This document shows, piece by piece, positions 1-13,600 of a stretch of 64,000 nt of DNA; the stretch's first letter is position 1, and each line of letters starts with the position of its first letter. The notes below the pieces were generated by a model that had not been told where the DNA came from, did not search any database, and was given only the letters and a program-made list of their open reading frames with translations. Source of the DNA: Hyphochytrium catenoides (Eukaryota > Protista > Hyphochytriomycota); NCBI GenBank assembly GCA_900088475.1, contig FLMG01002540.1, forward strand, positions 62,001 to 126,000, read 5' to 3'. The position numbers and the translations under genes were made by a program.

Positions 1-3000
1 AGTCAGAGTGCGCAAGCGCAGAGGTGGAGCAAGCTCACATAAGAGGCGTAGGCCAAGATTTTCTGATTGAAGGAGGGTTTGGCGAAGAACCCTTTCTCTT
101 TGCTCCCAGCTACCCTTTCGCCTTGCCACGTCTTCCAGTAGCTTCAGCCACGACGTTGAGGGAAGAAGAATTGGCAGAAATCAACCAAGGCTGTCAGCAA
201 TGTGACCTACTGGTCCAGTGATGGTCCCATTGTAACCGAAGGAATCAAGCTTACATTTACTGCCCCAGCTTCTAATATCTCTTCGAGGAGACCCAGCTCC
301 ATTACACAGGCGCCCTCATCGCCCTCATGAGAAGATAATATGTGGTCCATCAAGCCCTGTCGAGGACACGATCAACATCAGACAAACCAAGAGGCACAGA
401 GTTAGCGAATATAAAACGGAAACGAAAGGAGGGAGCGCCAAGTAGAGCTTCTTCCTACCCGCCCAATCTCTCTTAAGGAAGTGGCCTCCCTATCAACAAT
501 AGTCCTCAGGACAGCAGCTGTCCTTAATCTGCGGCATCAGTTTGACAGGGAATGAATTTAGAACTAATATCGAGGCGGGAACAAGACACTTTAGGGCCAT
601 GAAGGCGCAATGGGACTCCTTCTCTAACAGGCCACACGTTTGGATCCCACTTACCTTATCTCTTCATCGTGGTGTACAGCGGAGCGACCAAGGATGATCA
701 TCAGCTGTTGATAGCTTAGCTGGGAGGGTATTAGGTACATCAATGTTGCAATAGCAGCCCGGTAAACCTGAGTGGAATTTGACATGAATTAAGTCCAAGA
801 GTTGACCAAGCGATAAGGTGCGTTTTAGTTACGTGCTCTATTAATGCGAGAACAGCATAGGCAAAGAGAGATGCTAAGCCCATGGTACTACCTGAAGACC
901 TATCGGAAGGACGTTATCGTTATGCGCCTTCGTAGTGTTGTTGGTTCCAGAAGTAGCCGTCAGCGACAGACCGCCTGAAGAGTTCAAGGGTCACATTTAC
1001 TTTCGTTTCCACAATCTTCCTATCGTACCCAATACCTTACCGATCTCACTATCACAAGCAGTAAGGATGTGACCGACAGTGCTACTCAGCTTTGACTCAT
1101 AAAGGGCAATAGCATCTTTGTCGACGTGGTGGGAAGAAAGTGTCTGGAGATGTAGGACTTAATAATGGAAGGATACAGGTGGTAATGAATGTATCGCCTA
1201 TGGCAGAAGAGTCAATGAGGGCAACCTTGGTAACTCCTAGAAGGGACGGAAGGGGATTTGCAATGAAGGATTGAGGTTGAGTCCACTCCTCCTTCTCCCA
1301 AACGACTCTGCGGGGTGCATGCTCTGGCTCGGCCTGGTCTTTTTCAGATCTCCTGTGTTGGCTAAGCTATTATGAGAGGCAGATGAAGGGAGGACAGAAT
1401 CTTAGACCGACCGGCCCCATGAAGTACAAAGTATGGAAGCAAAGGGATGCCTGAGACGGATAGTATGGGCCTGAATGTGCCATTCATTCGAATATCCAAA
1501 AAAATGGTCAAGCCTACCTGAAGGACCGTCAGCAGGGAGGACAGACCCAAGAGAGTCCTTTCAGAGATAACGTGTTCCTTATCCTGAAGAAGAGGGAGTA
1601 GGAGCTGATGGACTAGGAAGTCTAAGTGGTGTTCCGCACAAATGGCCGTGAAGTCCACTATGGAGCTTGTCAGGGTAGCGAAATTGTTGGCCGCTTGTGT
1701 TGCTGCTTTAAACCTCGTTGATAAATAGAGCTTCTGAGAGACCTTTTGCAGAAGAGAAAGAGACTCCGCAGCTGTCTTGGCGTCTACATGGGCAGATCAT
1801 GCACATGGTACGGAGAGCGACTGATCAGCACACAAGAGCGCCAACGTTAAAAGTCTAAGACTTTGGTATCATGAAGAAGCCAGCTAAAGTGCAGGGGGCG
1901 TCTCAGGACAATACCTGGGACTTATGGGCCTGTAACGGCTTACCATCAATATTTTGTCCTTCATCTGCCTTTCTTATCATAAAGGCCCTGGTGAGGACAT
2001 TAAGGCAACTCAATAGCACAGCGTCGGTCCCCTTCTTTCCTAGAATGGACAGAAGGTCTTCGACTTCCTCCTCGGCTGAAGAGTGGAAGTGCTGCAAGGC
2101 ATCGCAAATAGACAAGCAACATGAGAGGCTCGTCCATAGGTTTGCTATGGCTGCAACTCATTAGAGTATGCTAAGGACTCCAAGGAGCCAACCACGTATA
2201 AACTCTCATGGATGGTGGCTTACCGTGTTACTGCAGCAACAAAGCGCCACGACTCGGAGAGGCCATCCGATGGTGGGGTACTTCAAACTTAGACGTTTTC
2301 CCATGTTGAAGAGCTCCAGCATCGCGTCGTGAAATTGCTCTTGGAACATGGTGGATGGCAACTCCCCATTACTTTGGCGGTAACCGGGACCTGGAAGCGT
2401 TCAGACACTATCAGGCTAGCGGAGGAAGAAGGAAAGAGATCTGATGTATACGAGTGAAAACTGACATGACAAGTGAAGCAATACGAAGACCGTCGTCCAT
2501 ACTTTCAATCTCTGTCCTCAGCCATTGAGATAGGGTCTGAGCCATGGAATGCCTTAGTTCCCTCTTGCTTCCCTTCCCTTTCTGTAGAGGCAGCTGGGAG
2601 ACGGGATAAGTAAACCTCCATCGAGTGGAGAGCCAATTGGTCCGCAAGTTTGGTGTCAATAAGAACGAAGAGGGCTACAAATCTGCCTTGTTGATGCAAT
2701 CATCAAACATGTTGATCCCGTCCTCTTCCTACCTGCATCTCCTTAAGTAGCCGTAAAATTTGCAACTGATGGCTGTCACTCTTAGTGGAATCTCCGTACA
2801 AGTCAAGGTTTAAATACTTCAACATCTTGATTGTGGCTATGTTTGAGCTAAGGTCGTTTTCCCTTGGAAGCGATAGAGTGGCCACAAACTTGTCGAGTAT
2901 TATCGAGACGCAATATCTAGAGGATTTGTCCAGGGAAGAAGTGATATACGAGCCAAAGAGATAAGTGAGCCTACCATTACTGAACTGTTGAAGCAGTTTT

Positions 3001-4430
3001 TCACCAAGTTAGACCACATTTCTCGTGATGGAAAGCGAATTCTACTGTATAGAGACTTTTAGGATCAAGAGCTTGCGAGCACAGTGGGTCGGCCAATAAG
3101 GCGAAAGCCGTAAGCACTGGTATAGGCAAATATCACTATGACCAAAAAACATTAGGGCGCACCAAGCAAAGTAGTACCGTGCAATGGAACCTAGGAGTCG
3201 GGCCCAGGCATCTTTTAGCCTATCTTCAGCACGCTGTATTGCCTGCAGGCGCGAATCATCCGGGACGCTCCTAAAGATGGAAGACTTCTTTCTTATAGGA
3301 GGATCAGAGTTTGGAGAAGAGAGATCTACTGAGACCACTGATGGCTCCGATTTCAAAGCAGAGCCTGTGCTTAAGGAAAAAGCGAGGTCCTGGATGGTCC
3401 GACAGAGGGACAGAGGAAAGGTCTCCAGAGGCGGTGAGGCCTCCACTGCTCTATGAAGCACTATGGCTGTAACCCAAAATTGGCCTAGGGAGGACGAGTT
3501 TGAAGATGAGGAAAGTAGTGAGGCAGCAGAAACCAGGCCTTAAGGAACGACAGAAACGCTGTTTGCTGTTACGGACAAGCAGCACAAATGCAGGTGCAAA
3601 TTGAATGATGCCACTGCGACAACTACCTCGCAGCTCTACGGTATAACAGACCACCCTCCTCTATAGCCATGAGTTGAGATCCTTACATTTTTTCTTATTC
3701 AGAAGCACTTCTTGGCGCGATTCTTCTGAGCCATCTTGCGACTCCAACTGAACTTCATGCCATACAAGCACCGCAGTCATAAACCGCTCTGGTAGGGCGC
3801 AAAGGGAATATCATTTGCTTGGGCATAGGGACGAAGTAGAATAACTGATTATGTACCAAGCATAGCATGAGATACGGGGTCACATGTCCTCAAGATCTTT
3901 GCCAAGTCCGACCGCCATGAAGGCTGTAGCTGGGATGGATCGGAACTTTGATCCATATCACAGCCATCCTGGCCTAGCTTCTCCACATGCTTGTTGAAGA
4001 AAGAAGAAAGAGATTCTAGGACTCCATGAATAACCGTAAGACCTGGCCATCTTCCGTCAGAAAAAATGCGCCACATATTGAATAGAGCAGCGCGTACCTG
4101 GCTCAGGAATATCCAGTTCCTGGAGTTTTGCTCTGATCAAAGTTTCATCGCTGGACACGAAGGAAGGAGAAGCCATCTGAAGTGCTCCCGTAGCCCCGTC
4201 CAGAGGCACCGCGGCAATGAATTTTCGTCAGCCTAGAAGTGGCTATCCCAGGAGCTTCACTGCCTCAACCGACATACATACTGCCCCACTGCCTCAACCG
4301 ACATACATGTTAATCCGACGCCGATCTCTGAGTCGCTCTGAAGAACTTTTTCAGGGCCATAGCCAAGGGAAGTGTTACCTCTTCCCGGGTTTCCCAATGT
4401 CTTCACTGTCACCTGAGACGGATTAGGACC
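1..4430 (-). CDS. FRY: Furry/Tao3/Mor2 (MOR2-PAG1 N-terminal HEAT/ARM) NDR-kinase scaffold; multi-exon, runs off the window start, 5' end uncertain
   Basis: Joined exons give 'LKDAWARLLGSIAR', 'IILDKFVATLSL...IKMLKYLNLDL', 'VLLSCLNVLTRAFM' and 'DFTAICAEHHLDFLVHQLLLPLLQDKEHVISERTLLGLSSLL'. The last matches the recalled Furry motif (F-C-x-T-I-A-E-H-x-L-D-F...L-L...E-x-x-I-G-L-R-A-L). These are followed in the expected order by 'VGHILTACDSEIG' and 'LMIILGRSAVHHDEEIR'. Confidence 0.8.
4258..4308. repeat. Direct repeat, 29-bp period (22-bp identical core)
   Basis: cactgcctcaaccgacatacat at 4258 and 4287. Confidence 0.9.
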
Positions 4431-4973
4431 GAGTCTGGAGTTTGGACACTCTTTCTTGACGGGCTCCGTTTATCCTTGCGTCCGGCCTGTGTCCCCGTCT
4501 GAAGTATCAGAAGCCCGCCCCATCTCTAGTTCCCTCTGTTGGTTCAATTGTGCCTCTTGGGAAGATTCACACCTCCCCCGGGAGCCTAATCGTGGACGCT
4601 CTAAAACCGTCTAGTTGGTTTTCAAACGGTCCAAACCTGCGGACCAATTCTGAAGTCAGAACAACTTTCTGAAGAGCTTTGTGTTGATGTTTCCGCCGCT
4701 TGTGTTGATGGGCGGGTCTCAACCTGCGCACTGCTTTGACATTCCTAGTTGCAAGCTGACAGAGATGGCCAAGAAGGGCAGATAAGATGCTCTTTGGCTG
4801 AGCCGAGCGTCTGATACGATGCCAGACAGCTCACTGCAAGATGCAGCATCGACGTTGAGGAGACCTTATTAATGAGGACTCTTTCCACGGCGAAAGTGAT
4901 AGGTACAAGGGAATGGGTTGGTTGTGATTGAATGGTGCTAGATCAGCTCAGTGTGGGGTCATAAGAACTTCCA

Positions 4974-7004
4974 ATGAAGCCATCTATTATGGGGCCGATC
5001 AGGCCTCGGCTTGGAGCCACCAGAACAACTATAAAAGACTCGGCAAGTCAAATTGTGACAGAGCGTAAAGAAGATGGTGGCTCTGGTCTCCGACCTCCTA
5101 CTGCTCGATTGTGTCTAGTGTATGCTATTTTGTTTCATGATGCCCTATTAACGATCGTCGCTAAGAAGTGGTCCGTTGCAGGTGTCAGACGTGTATCCCA
5201 CGATATACCTGCCCTCGTTGCAACGTCCCGTACTGCTCGTTGCAGTGCTATCGGGTACTGATGGATCCCTGTTCATGGTAGCTTGTGCATACTCTAACCT
5301 GGGACCGTTATCATCATCCTTCCTACATGCCTTGAAAATCTGTCCTTCCTTTCTGAAGCAACACAGCCTCCAATGCACGGAATCGTTTTATAAAGAGATG
5401 GTGGAAACAACAATGCGAGGACTTCAGGAAGAAGACCCACAAATGAGGAAAAAGATGATAGACATTCTCTATAATGAAAAGGGAAGACGGGATTTGGATG
5501 CATCGCAACCTGACTTCTCTGCTGACCAGGAGGTCGACACTGTGGTAAGCGACTATACCACTAACATAAGCAGACTCCGACTGATACCCACATAGGACGA
5601 AGAGACTTACAAGAAACTGAGAGACTTGGCCTTGGGTGGTCAATTAGATATCGAAGACCTGTCGGCAAAGCAAAAGGCCGAGTTTGCTCGAGCTATGGCT
5701 TCCGGGCGTTTGGCAACCCTAATAGAACCGTGGACTCCATGGTGGGAATGCACTCCTTCCGAATATGAAAAATTGACGCGACCAGAGCGATGTGGCAAAA
5801 GGTTGATACAGGTAGTAGGAGAGGTGAGTAGTCGTCCATTCATTGACTACTCTTTGGCAGTGGCGGGTTCTGGCTGGTGATGAGTTGCAGCCGAACCTAA
5901 CGTAGCACACTTAGGGAGAGGAAAGGAAAGAGCAGTCGCCGATACTGAAGTCGGTGCGGCCGATATATCCTATCTCCGAAATTGGTACCGCCAATAAGAA
6001 GCAGAAGGAGACGTCTTCCCCCTCCACTGCCTTCCCTATTCTCTTCTATAACCTCGTGAACCTGTTGTACTGCTATGCCTACGTCCTTCGTGTCTACAAT
6101 GGCGAGGTCGACGTGGATATTCTTGGCGCTGTGGAGCTTTGCTAGTAAGTGCGAAGGGCTTTTAACTACAGGACTTAGGAACTAGGGTATATGGCTAAAA
6201 CAAACGGAAGGGTCAGGGTATCGATGGAACTCTTGCGGGCGGCTCCGCGTGTCGAACATCCCCAAAAATAGGTTACTGCGCGAGCACTGCATAGGGATAA
6301 TTGCCAACCCCGTGCTGATTTGGACCCCTTTCTGATTTTTCTTAGTTGTCTTTGTGGAGTACTCAGTCGAGACCTCAAGGCCTCTTCCTGTCGGCTAGCC
6401 TTAGAAGATGCGATCACAAGAGTCGCTGATCCCGCAACTTCTACTCAGTAAGTTACATTCCGTTTAGGAGAGGGAAAGGACCAAGAGGTGATGGGTTCGT
6501 AGGCGAGGCTTACGGGATAAATAGCCCAGTCACGCCGCTGCCATTCATAGATGAGGAAGCAGGAGACAGTGGAGAGGAATGCGATGCGAATATGGCTTGA
6601 GGGACGGACTGTGATCCGAAGATGGCTTTAGGTGTAGAGAATAACTAAGGCCTTTGATTCCCTTTTCTATTAGGTCGTGGGAAGCAGCTCGACCAGTTGC
6701 TATCGCCATCCTCAAGGACGTGGAGCAGTTACTGAGTAGCAAGCTGATGATTGTGGATGTCCTCTTCCACCTCTGCAGCCTTTTCAAAGAAGCAGAAGCC
6801 CATCTCAGAGCACAGAAGAGATCAAAGGGCAAACATCATAAAGAAGGAGTAGGGAAGAAAACTCTCTTTTTGGCGGAAAAGAAGGTTTATTTCTTTCTTG
6901 ACTGGGTGAACACGTCATTATCAGACGAGCAAAGAGAGCTGTTGCGTGCCCAGGTAAAAGGGTTCAGCATAGAAATTGGACGAACTCGTGACAAGCCCGG
7001 GTAG
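4974..7004 (+). CDS. ZNHIT2: Zinc finger HIT domain protein 2 (multi-exon)
   Basis: Spliced HIT finger 'CLV|CQTCIPRYTCPRCNVPYCSLQCYR|QHSLQCTESFY'. Also present are 'F..AMASGRLATLIEPWTPWW', 'YNLVNLLYCYAYVLRVYNG' and C-terminal 'LFLAEKKVYFFLDW', all typical of ZNHIT2. Confidence 0.88.
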
Positions 7005-7111
7005 GACTGAGGTTTCGCAGATGCCGAACAGATAAGTTATATACAAAGATAAGGATCAATAACGGTTCAGCTATGATTGCTGCTGGAATGCCAAAGTTCT
7101 ATGTAAGTGTC

Positions 7112-9039
7112 CTATACCAAAGCCGGCTGCTGGACACAGCTATTTCTTGCTAAAGACAGCTCCAGTGTAGAGGCCATCTGCTCGAGTCGCAGTACTTCGC
7201 TGGCCATTCGGTGCTCATCCCTAAATAATGAAGAGAGTTCAGGCTCCTCTGTGCATTTAGGAGGCTCGTCTTATGCTGATTCTCACTGACGATGATCCGA
7301 TGGCCCATATTTACGACTTTCATTCTCTTCTGATCATCCTTCCATTGTAGGTGGACCGTCCTGCCGCTGTCTTACTTTCTTTTGCCTTAGCCTTGATCTT
7401 TGTCTCTAAGCTGTTACTCGGTCAACAATTCGACCTGATCAAATTCCCTTACCACCCTGAATCGGCACTTACCAAGACCGCCTTCTGACGTGGGTTAACC
7501 CAGGATTTAGAGAACGAGATAAACTTGCCGCCGCCTTTCTCAGTGTTTGAGCCCCATGGACAAGCTCTTCGAGGCGCTGTAAGAGAGGAATGTTCTTCAC
7601 TGCAAGCTCGCCTAAAGGGTTACCCTCTTCGGAACTATTCGGCTTCATAGAAAAGTGAGTACTTGCTTCTTGTCCTTGTCTCAGAAAGAGGCTAAGGTCC
7701 GAGTCAAAGAATGTAGTGCACCTACGGGTAGAGTGATGACAAAGTAAGGTCCAAAAACTATAGACTTTCTTATGAGTAGTGGGCTTAACCGTACCCTTTA
7801 AGCATATCGTTGAGAGAGACGAGAGCGTTGGACATGGCATTCTCGCGATCTGTCTTCTCCTTCGTAGTACGTGTGAGACTCTATAAGGCACTCGACTACG
7901 CAAGTAAGGCTGAGTACCTTGGGAGTTTCCTGTGTCCCTAGCTTTTTTGTTATCTGCTCGCACTCTAGGTGTGCGGCTGTCCGTGCCTTTGCACATGACC
8001 AAATCCAGCCCAGGATATGAGAGTTAAACTTAGGAGTGAAAGTAGATGTACCCGACGGGGAATATTCGCTCTTACCTTGGCTACGAAATCAACCATCTCT
8101 CGTAGATCCGATGTGGAAGGCAAGTCCTCCATCAGAGGGCAGACCAGCTATTGGAGTCAACGAAGCTAAGAATATGTTGAGCGACGAAGAGGGAGAGCTC
8201 TGAAGGTTCTACCTGAATGTCATGGGGAAACAATATACACTCGGTAGAGAGAACCTCAGCCTGTGTCAGGCAGAGAAATAGTTGCATGCTTAAACTGGAA
8301 CGGAATACGTTAGGCACGGTAGAGAGACCTCACCTTGTTCTGACAAAAATAGTCAACGAGCTTCTTGGCTCCACTCACATCGTTGGGCTATTCAGAGGAA
8401 AGTTAAGGCCTGAGGGAGGACGTAAAGTCCGGACTTTTCCCCCCGAGTCCCCTCGAAACGATACAACTCTTCCAATGTACTTACTGCATCAAAGGCGAAC
8501 AACCGTTATGCACTTACAGTTTCCGTGACATTGACATCGACAAGGTCCACCAGGTCTAGCAAGAGGGGCACTTTAAGCTTTCCGGAAGCCAAGAAGTCTG
8601 CAGGCTTCATAGCCTGTGCAACTACGGTTATATCGGCTGCTCCGCTGTCCCAGGCACCCTGTCACCTAAACTTACAAACAAAGAGAGCCACCTGGAAACA
8701 TCCCTCTTCTCGCCATCCTTATCGCCCGTAGAACTGTCCCCCGAACCTTCAGGTTGCTGGTCCCATATTGTTTGCCCAGTAGGGGCGGAGCCATGGTATC
8801 TGAACATGTAACACTCAGTGCTAGGAGTATAGGACGCCAAAACCTACTCTGGTGACTCACTTCTGGTAAAGCCAGTGAAGAAGGCTGCTAACCCTGAACT
8901 GCAACTTGTTTTCCTGCAAATGGTCACCGGGACCGGTATTCCGTAGCGAATTGACAATGTGGGATGGGCAGTTGAGGTGGAGCAACCTCTGCCATAATTG
9001 CCCCGCCAGGTCTTCCTCCTCAGTGGTGGGCATGGTCAT
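7112..9039 (-). CDS. Augmin subunit 7 (HAUS7/AUG7)-like, multi-exon
   Basis: Segments 'LWQRLLHLNCP', 'RVSSLLHWLYQKVL', 'LLLDLVDLV', 'QAEVLSTECILFPHDIQ' (recalled plant AUG7: QAQIFSEECKLFPADVQ), 'TTFFDSDLSLFL' and 'LGELAVKNIPLLQRLEELVHGAQTLRKAAASL' occur in AUG7 order. The last exon ends ...QQPALV-TAG at 7112-7114. Confidence 0.6.
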
Positions 9040-10665
9040 ACCATCAAACAAATCTTAGCAGAACGGACTGAGAAGATCAAAGGGACCCGGACCGTTGATC
9101 AGTGAGGAAGGAAGTGGAGATAAGCAATCTATTTGCGTTGTCGATAGGAGACGCTGAATGAGATGAAAGTACCATTGATCCATCTCATCAGACGACCGAT
9201 GATGCATGTTCAAGACCAGGACGACACACTTTACAATGGATCTCCCATCAAAATCGTATCACTAGTAACGCGGGAAGGAGGGAGGGCCGCTAACGCCTTC
9301 CTAGCAGAGCTTCTCTCTTCTCTGTTGCTTTTACAGTTACCAAACATTGGAACGGTCATGCATGCCCTTCATCCTCTGTGAAACAGTAGTACTAGGTAAC
9401 CCTTAGTAGTTCTTGAATCATAATAAAAACTTCTCAACAGCAGCACCGTCCGGGCATCCATCTGCTGGTAGTATTGTTCCACCCAGTTTGATGCATCTAC
9501 GTACGAGGAAGTGTAAGAACAGTAAGGTTCTTACGAAGCGAGTGCACAGAGCCGAGTAAGCGAAGGTTCTTGCTAATGAGTACATTATCTTCCTCACTAG
9601 AGTTCGTAGGACACACAATCGTTCATGTCAATGAAAATGGTAGAGTGAGCAGTGAGGAATAATAGTATCTTCACCTGTCCCTAAGAAGTCTACTCATGGT
9701 ACCTACTTCATAAGAGAGGGTTATGAGTAGCAGGAATAAGGTAGAAGCAACAAGAAGGTGAAGAAGAAGACGAGGGAAGAAGATATATACGATGTGTTTA
9801 TATATCTGCCCATCTACGACTGGCCTACAATGCCTCTGAGGTAAGTGTAAGTGCCAGTGGTGTGGGCACACGATGAGCTTTGTGGTATGGAGCTTGTGAG
9901 TTGTATGCTAGCTACCAGTCAATGCCTGTCATCTTGCCCCATCTGTCATTGGATCCCATGTGCGAGAGTCCCACATGTTCCAACCGAAAGCAAGCCCGGT
10001 GATCTCAATGATGACGTTTACTACTATAAAGCTTGACGATGGCATTGCTGCCCGTTAGGTCTGAGGCTTCGTCCGGGTGAGGTGGTTCCTATGACCATCT
10101 ATTAGGGCAATCTTCCCGCTTCAGCTTCTTTCCTGTTTTATAGGCAGCGTAGCTTTCGCTTTGTACATCAAGGGTCTGCTGTTAGTATAAGTTCTGCCAT
10201 TTGCTACCATTATCCCTTTTCATACGGTATTCTTAGCCTACACCTTTATGCTACGGGCCGGCATACTGCTCTTTGGCGGGGCTGGAAAATATTAGTAAAT
10301 CAAGTCCGCCACGTGCAGGGTAGGTTAGCTCGAGCTATCACTCGCTGGCTCGAGATGTCCGTGGCGGGAACTGGAGAGCAACAACGACGCATATACAGAG
10401 AAGTGTGGAGGGCCTCAGTCCTCCTAGAGGCCCAAATAGACTGTCTCGATTAGAACAAATCTTGTTGCAAGTTAACCACCATAGAGCTTTGTACACTTTA
10501 GTGAACCGCACCCTCTCTCTTTTGTTGATGAGATGGGATGTAAGGCCAAGTCAGAGAATAAATAGAAACACTGCGCCCAGGGAATATGGAGGCGAAAGGA
10601 GCAGAGATAAGGGCAGAAGGATAAGGCACCAATTAACACACTTCACCAATTTACAGGCTACATCC

Positions 10666-13600
10666 TCAGTCCTCTTCTTCCCCTTCTTCGGCAAAGGAAA
10701 CCGCACAGGCTGTGCCGATCAGATCAATGCAGCTTTCGATTTCCGTATAAATACTGAAGCAAGAGATTGTTAGCCCTGGGCAGTGGATGGGAGAGAGGGA
10801 ACATCCCAGAGAGTTGAAAAGAGGACAGAAGAGACGCAACAGTTGGATCCTGACGAAGCATAGGGTAGGGGCATGGGGAAGAAAAAGCGGTGGCCGTAGC
10901 CACGTCACTTCAATTTCCCTCTCCTACCTCTGGTTGCTAGGGCTAAGAGGCTTGACATGGGCAAGCGCTTGAGATAGTAGATGCTTGACCTCATTGGGGG
11001 TGAGGTTTGCACACTCTCGGAGAGCCATAAGAAGAGTTATGCAGCTCGTTATTAGCTGAAACATCTGTTCTCCTTCTTCCTTTCTGTCCCCTAGTCCCGC
11101 ACTTGTGGGGCTCTGATGCTGCTGAATCAACTTCACTGAAGAGTTGCGGCAAGCTTGCAAAATTTCTGAATTACAATGGAGAGGGGTTGAGCAAGCAGTT
11201 GTATGTCACATAAGGAGGCAGGAATTCACCGGGTAAGAAAGAGGTTCGGGGCAAGAGCAAAAACCGCTAACAAATGACTACTTACTGTCTAGGTTTTCCT
11301 TTTGCAAGCTGCTGAGTGTCAAGCTGGTTTCACCGTTGAGTGCAGCCCAGGGGGAGCGTTCCTGATTCTGCACATATAGGAGAAAAACGCGGAATCTTCG
11401 TTAGCTAATGGTTTAAGCTAAACATAGCCTCATGTGGAGTTTAATGGCTCGTCAACCTCTCCAGCAGATTCTTCATCTTCAATCTTTAGAAGGATATACA
11501 CACTCTGCACTCATTATTCATACCTGGATATGCGACAACTCTCTAAACTTCTGCATTGCAACATCAAGCACTTCGTTGGTCCGCTCCAAGTTCGCTCTCA
11601 GCCAGTTATACTGTGCTACGAAAGGACGGGGATAATCCAGTGTGCTTTGTCCAACCGTGGTGCCCTTAGCCTTAATATTAACAAAATGAGAGGATACAAA
11701 TTCATCAGAAGCAGGTTAGCAAGGGTTGGCACTCTATGAGTCGACGTAAGGGCTTGTTGCGTAGAGTAGTAAAAGAGTGATAAGCACATCATCATCACAA
11801 CGGTCTGGCAGTAGGTCTTAGAGAGAGCATTTAACAGACTTACCATATTACTTGCTTCCTGGTTCATCTCTTTCAATTCTGAGAGGATAGCTTCTTTCCT
11901 GTCGAGGATTCGCCCCAGCTTTGATAAAATGTTCATTTCTCGTGGCTGCCACTTGGGGGCTTTAGCCAAAGGCAGGGAGCGTCAGATGGGTTATCAGGAG
12001 AGGTCAGACATATTTATCACCTTGCAGCATCCGTGCGTGATTTAGCTGGAAATGAAGCAGTTTCGAGGTCGACTCAAAGGTTTCATCAGTGGAAACCATC
12101 ACCTGAAGACCATCTCAGGTCAGTTCAACCGACAGAGATGAAGTTGTAAAGTTTAACGGTATATCAGATTTCGAAAGAGAAGCCATCTCTCTTCCCGTCA
12201 AACTCTGAGTTACTAGGTAAAGAGGACAGTCTGAAGTTTTGACGGAAAGCATGACAAAGATAAAGGCCCACAATAGGTCCACATTGACAACAAGCCGAAT
12301 CTTACCTTGTTCTGACTCTCTATGGCTGCTTTCTCAGTGTCACTGAGAATAGTCACACCCACAGAGGTTACTGGAATTTTGGCTCTTTCATGGAGGAGAG
12401 GTGGGGGGTCATGGCCCTGCAATCAGGGAAGTTAAGTCAGCGTACAGCGTTGTTCCTGCTCTTAGAGCTCGAGGCCACCTTTGCCTCCCTCGCCAACCTC
12501 ATTCCTCTTTACTTCCCTATGTCTGCCCATGCACCACACAATGCCTGACATTTGGCTGGGAGTGATACCAATCTCCAGTGGTCCTATGGACATTTCTTCG
12601 TCCATCTCTGTCAATTTCCCCATAGCTATCATGCTAATAAGTGCCATACCAGGATGGCAGTATCTGGGAGAAGTTCTACTCCGAGTTGTGGGATATCAAA
12701 CTGCACTCGGTAGAGACATTCTGAGTGGTCCGCCGTCAAAATCTTCCCAACATGAAGTTGTTTTGCCTTTGGGTGGTACGCTGAATGGCAAGAAGGCACC
12801 CAGGAGAGTAAGGTTATGCTTACGGATGACTAAGATAAGGTCAACCACCGTATAACAGATAGCACCGATTCTTCTCATAAAGAAGAGAGGCGCAGGCATT
12901 ACGGGGGTGGATCACTTCGAAACATTAAGAGGAGTGGATTATGCTACAGTGCAACTAGGACTGTTACCAGTTACGCGCTGGCCCACAGCCAAAGCAGCAG
13001 GAACAGCGTATGGAAAGTCCTCGGGCAAAGGACGATTTGGTTGCTTCAGATAAGGACGTCGTCAGTAGTGTGTTAGTGCTCTCTCCAGCTGCTCTCGTTC
13101 TCCATGTGTCTCTCTCGGTCTCCTCCTTAAGCTTGAGCTTGCCAAGCTGTCGAGAATCATTGGGCTTGAAGTAGCCGCAGCTCTCTTTCCTTGACATTGC
13201 TTTATCCAAAGGAAACTCACCCTGTTCTTTTGCTGTGCTCGTATTTGGTGTCTATATTCCGCTAACCTTCTCCTTTCTGCTCCTAAAAAGGCGCGACTTA
13301 ACCGACGTGGGCGTCCCATCGCAGCACGAAGGATGGCCCATTCTGGACGGGAAAGGGAGGTCACCTGCCCACACATATAGCAAGAGGCGTGCCGGAGTAA
13401 GGACATGTATTATATCAGAGAGCGAGAGGTGGTCACTGCTATTCACACTAAGACCTGGTCAGAAGACGACAAGTAGGGGGAGACAATTGAAGAAGACAAC
13501 AGTATCAATAGAAGAAGACAACAGTATGAGAGAAGAGAGACATACAGAATGGAAGACACTATTTCCAGCAGCAAGAAGCTACTTAGGCTTTCGCTAAGCT

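Noticed and set aside
9497-9612. Structured ncRNA (gtaagaac/gttcttac stem, gaggaag/cttcctc pairing)
   Set aside because: The stems are only 7-8 bp with no recognisable tRNA, snRNA or snoRNA boxes, which is compatible with chance.
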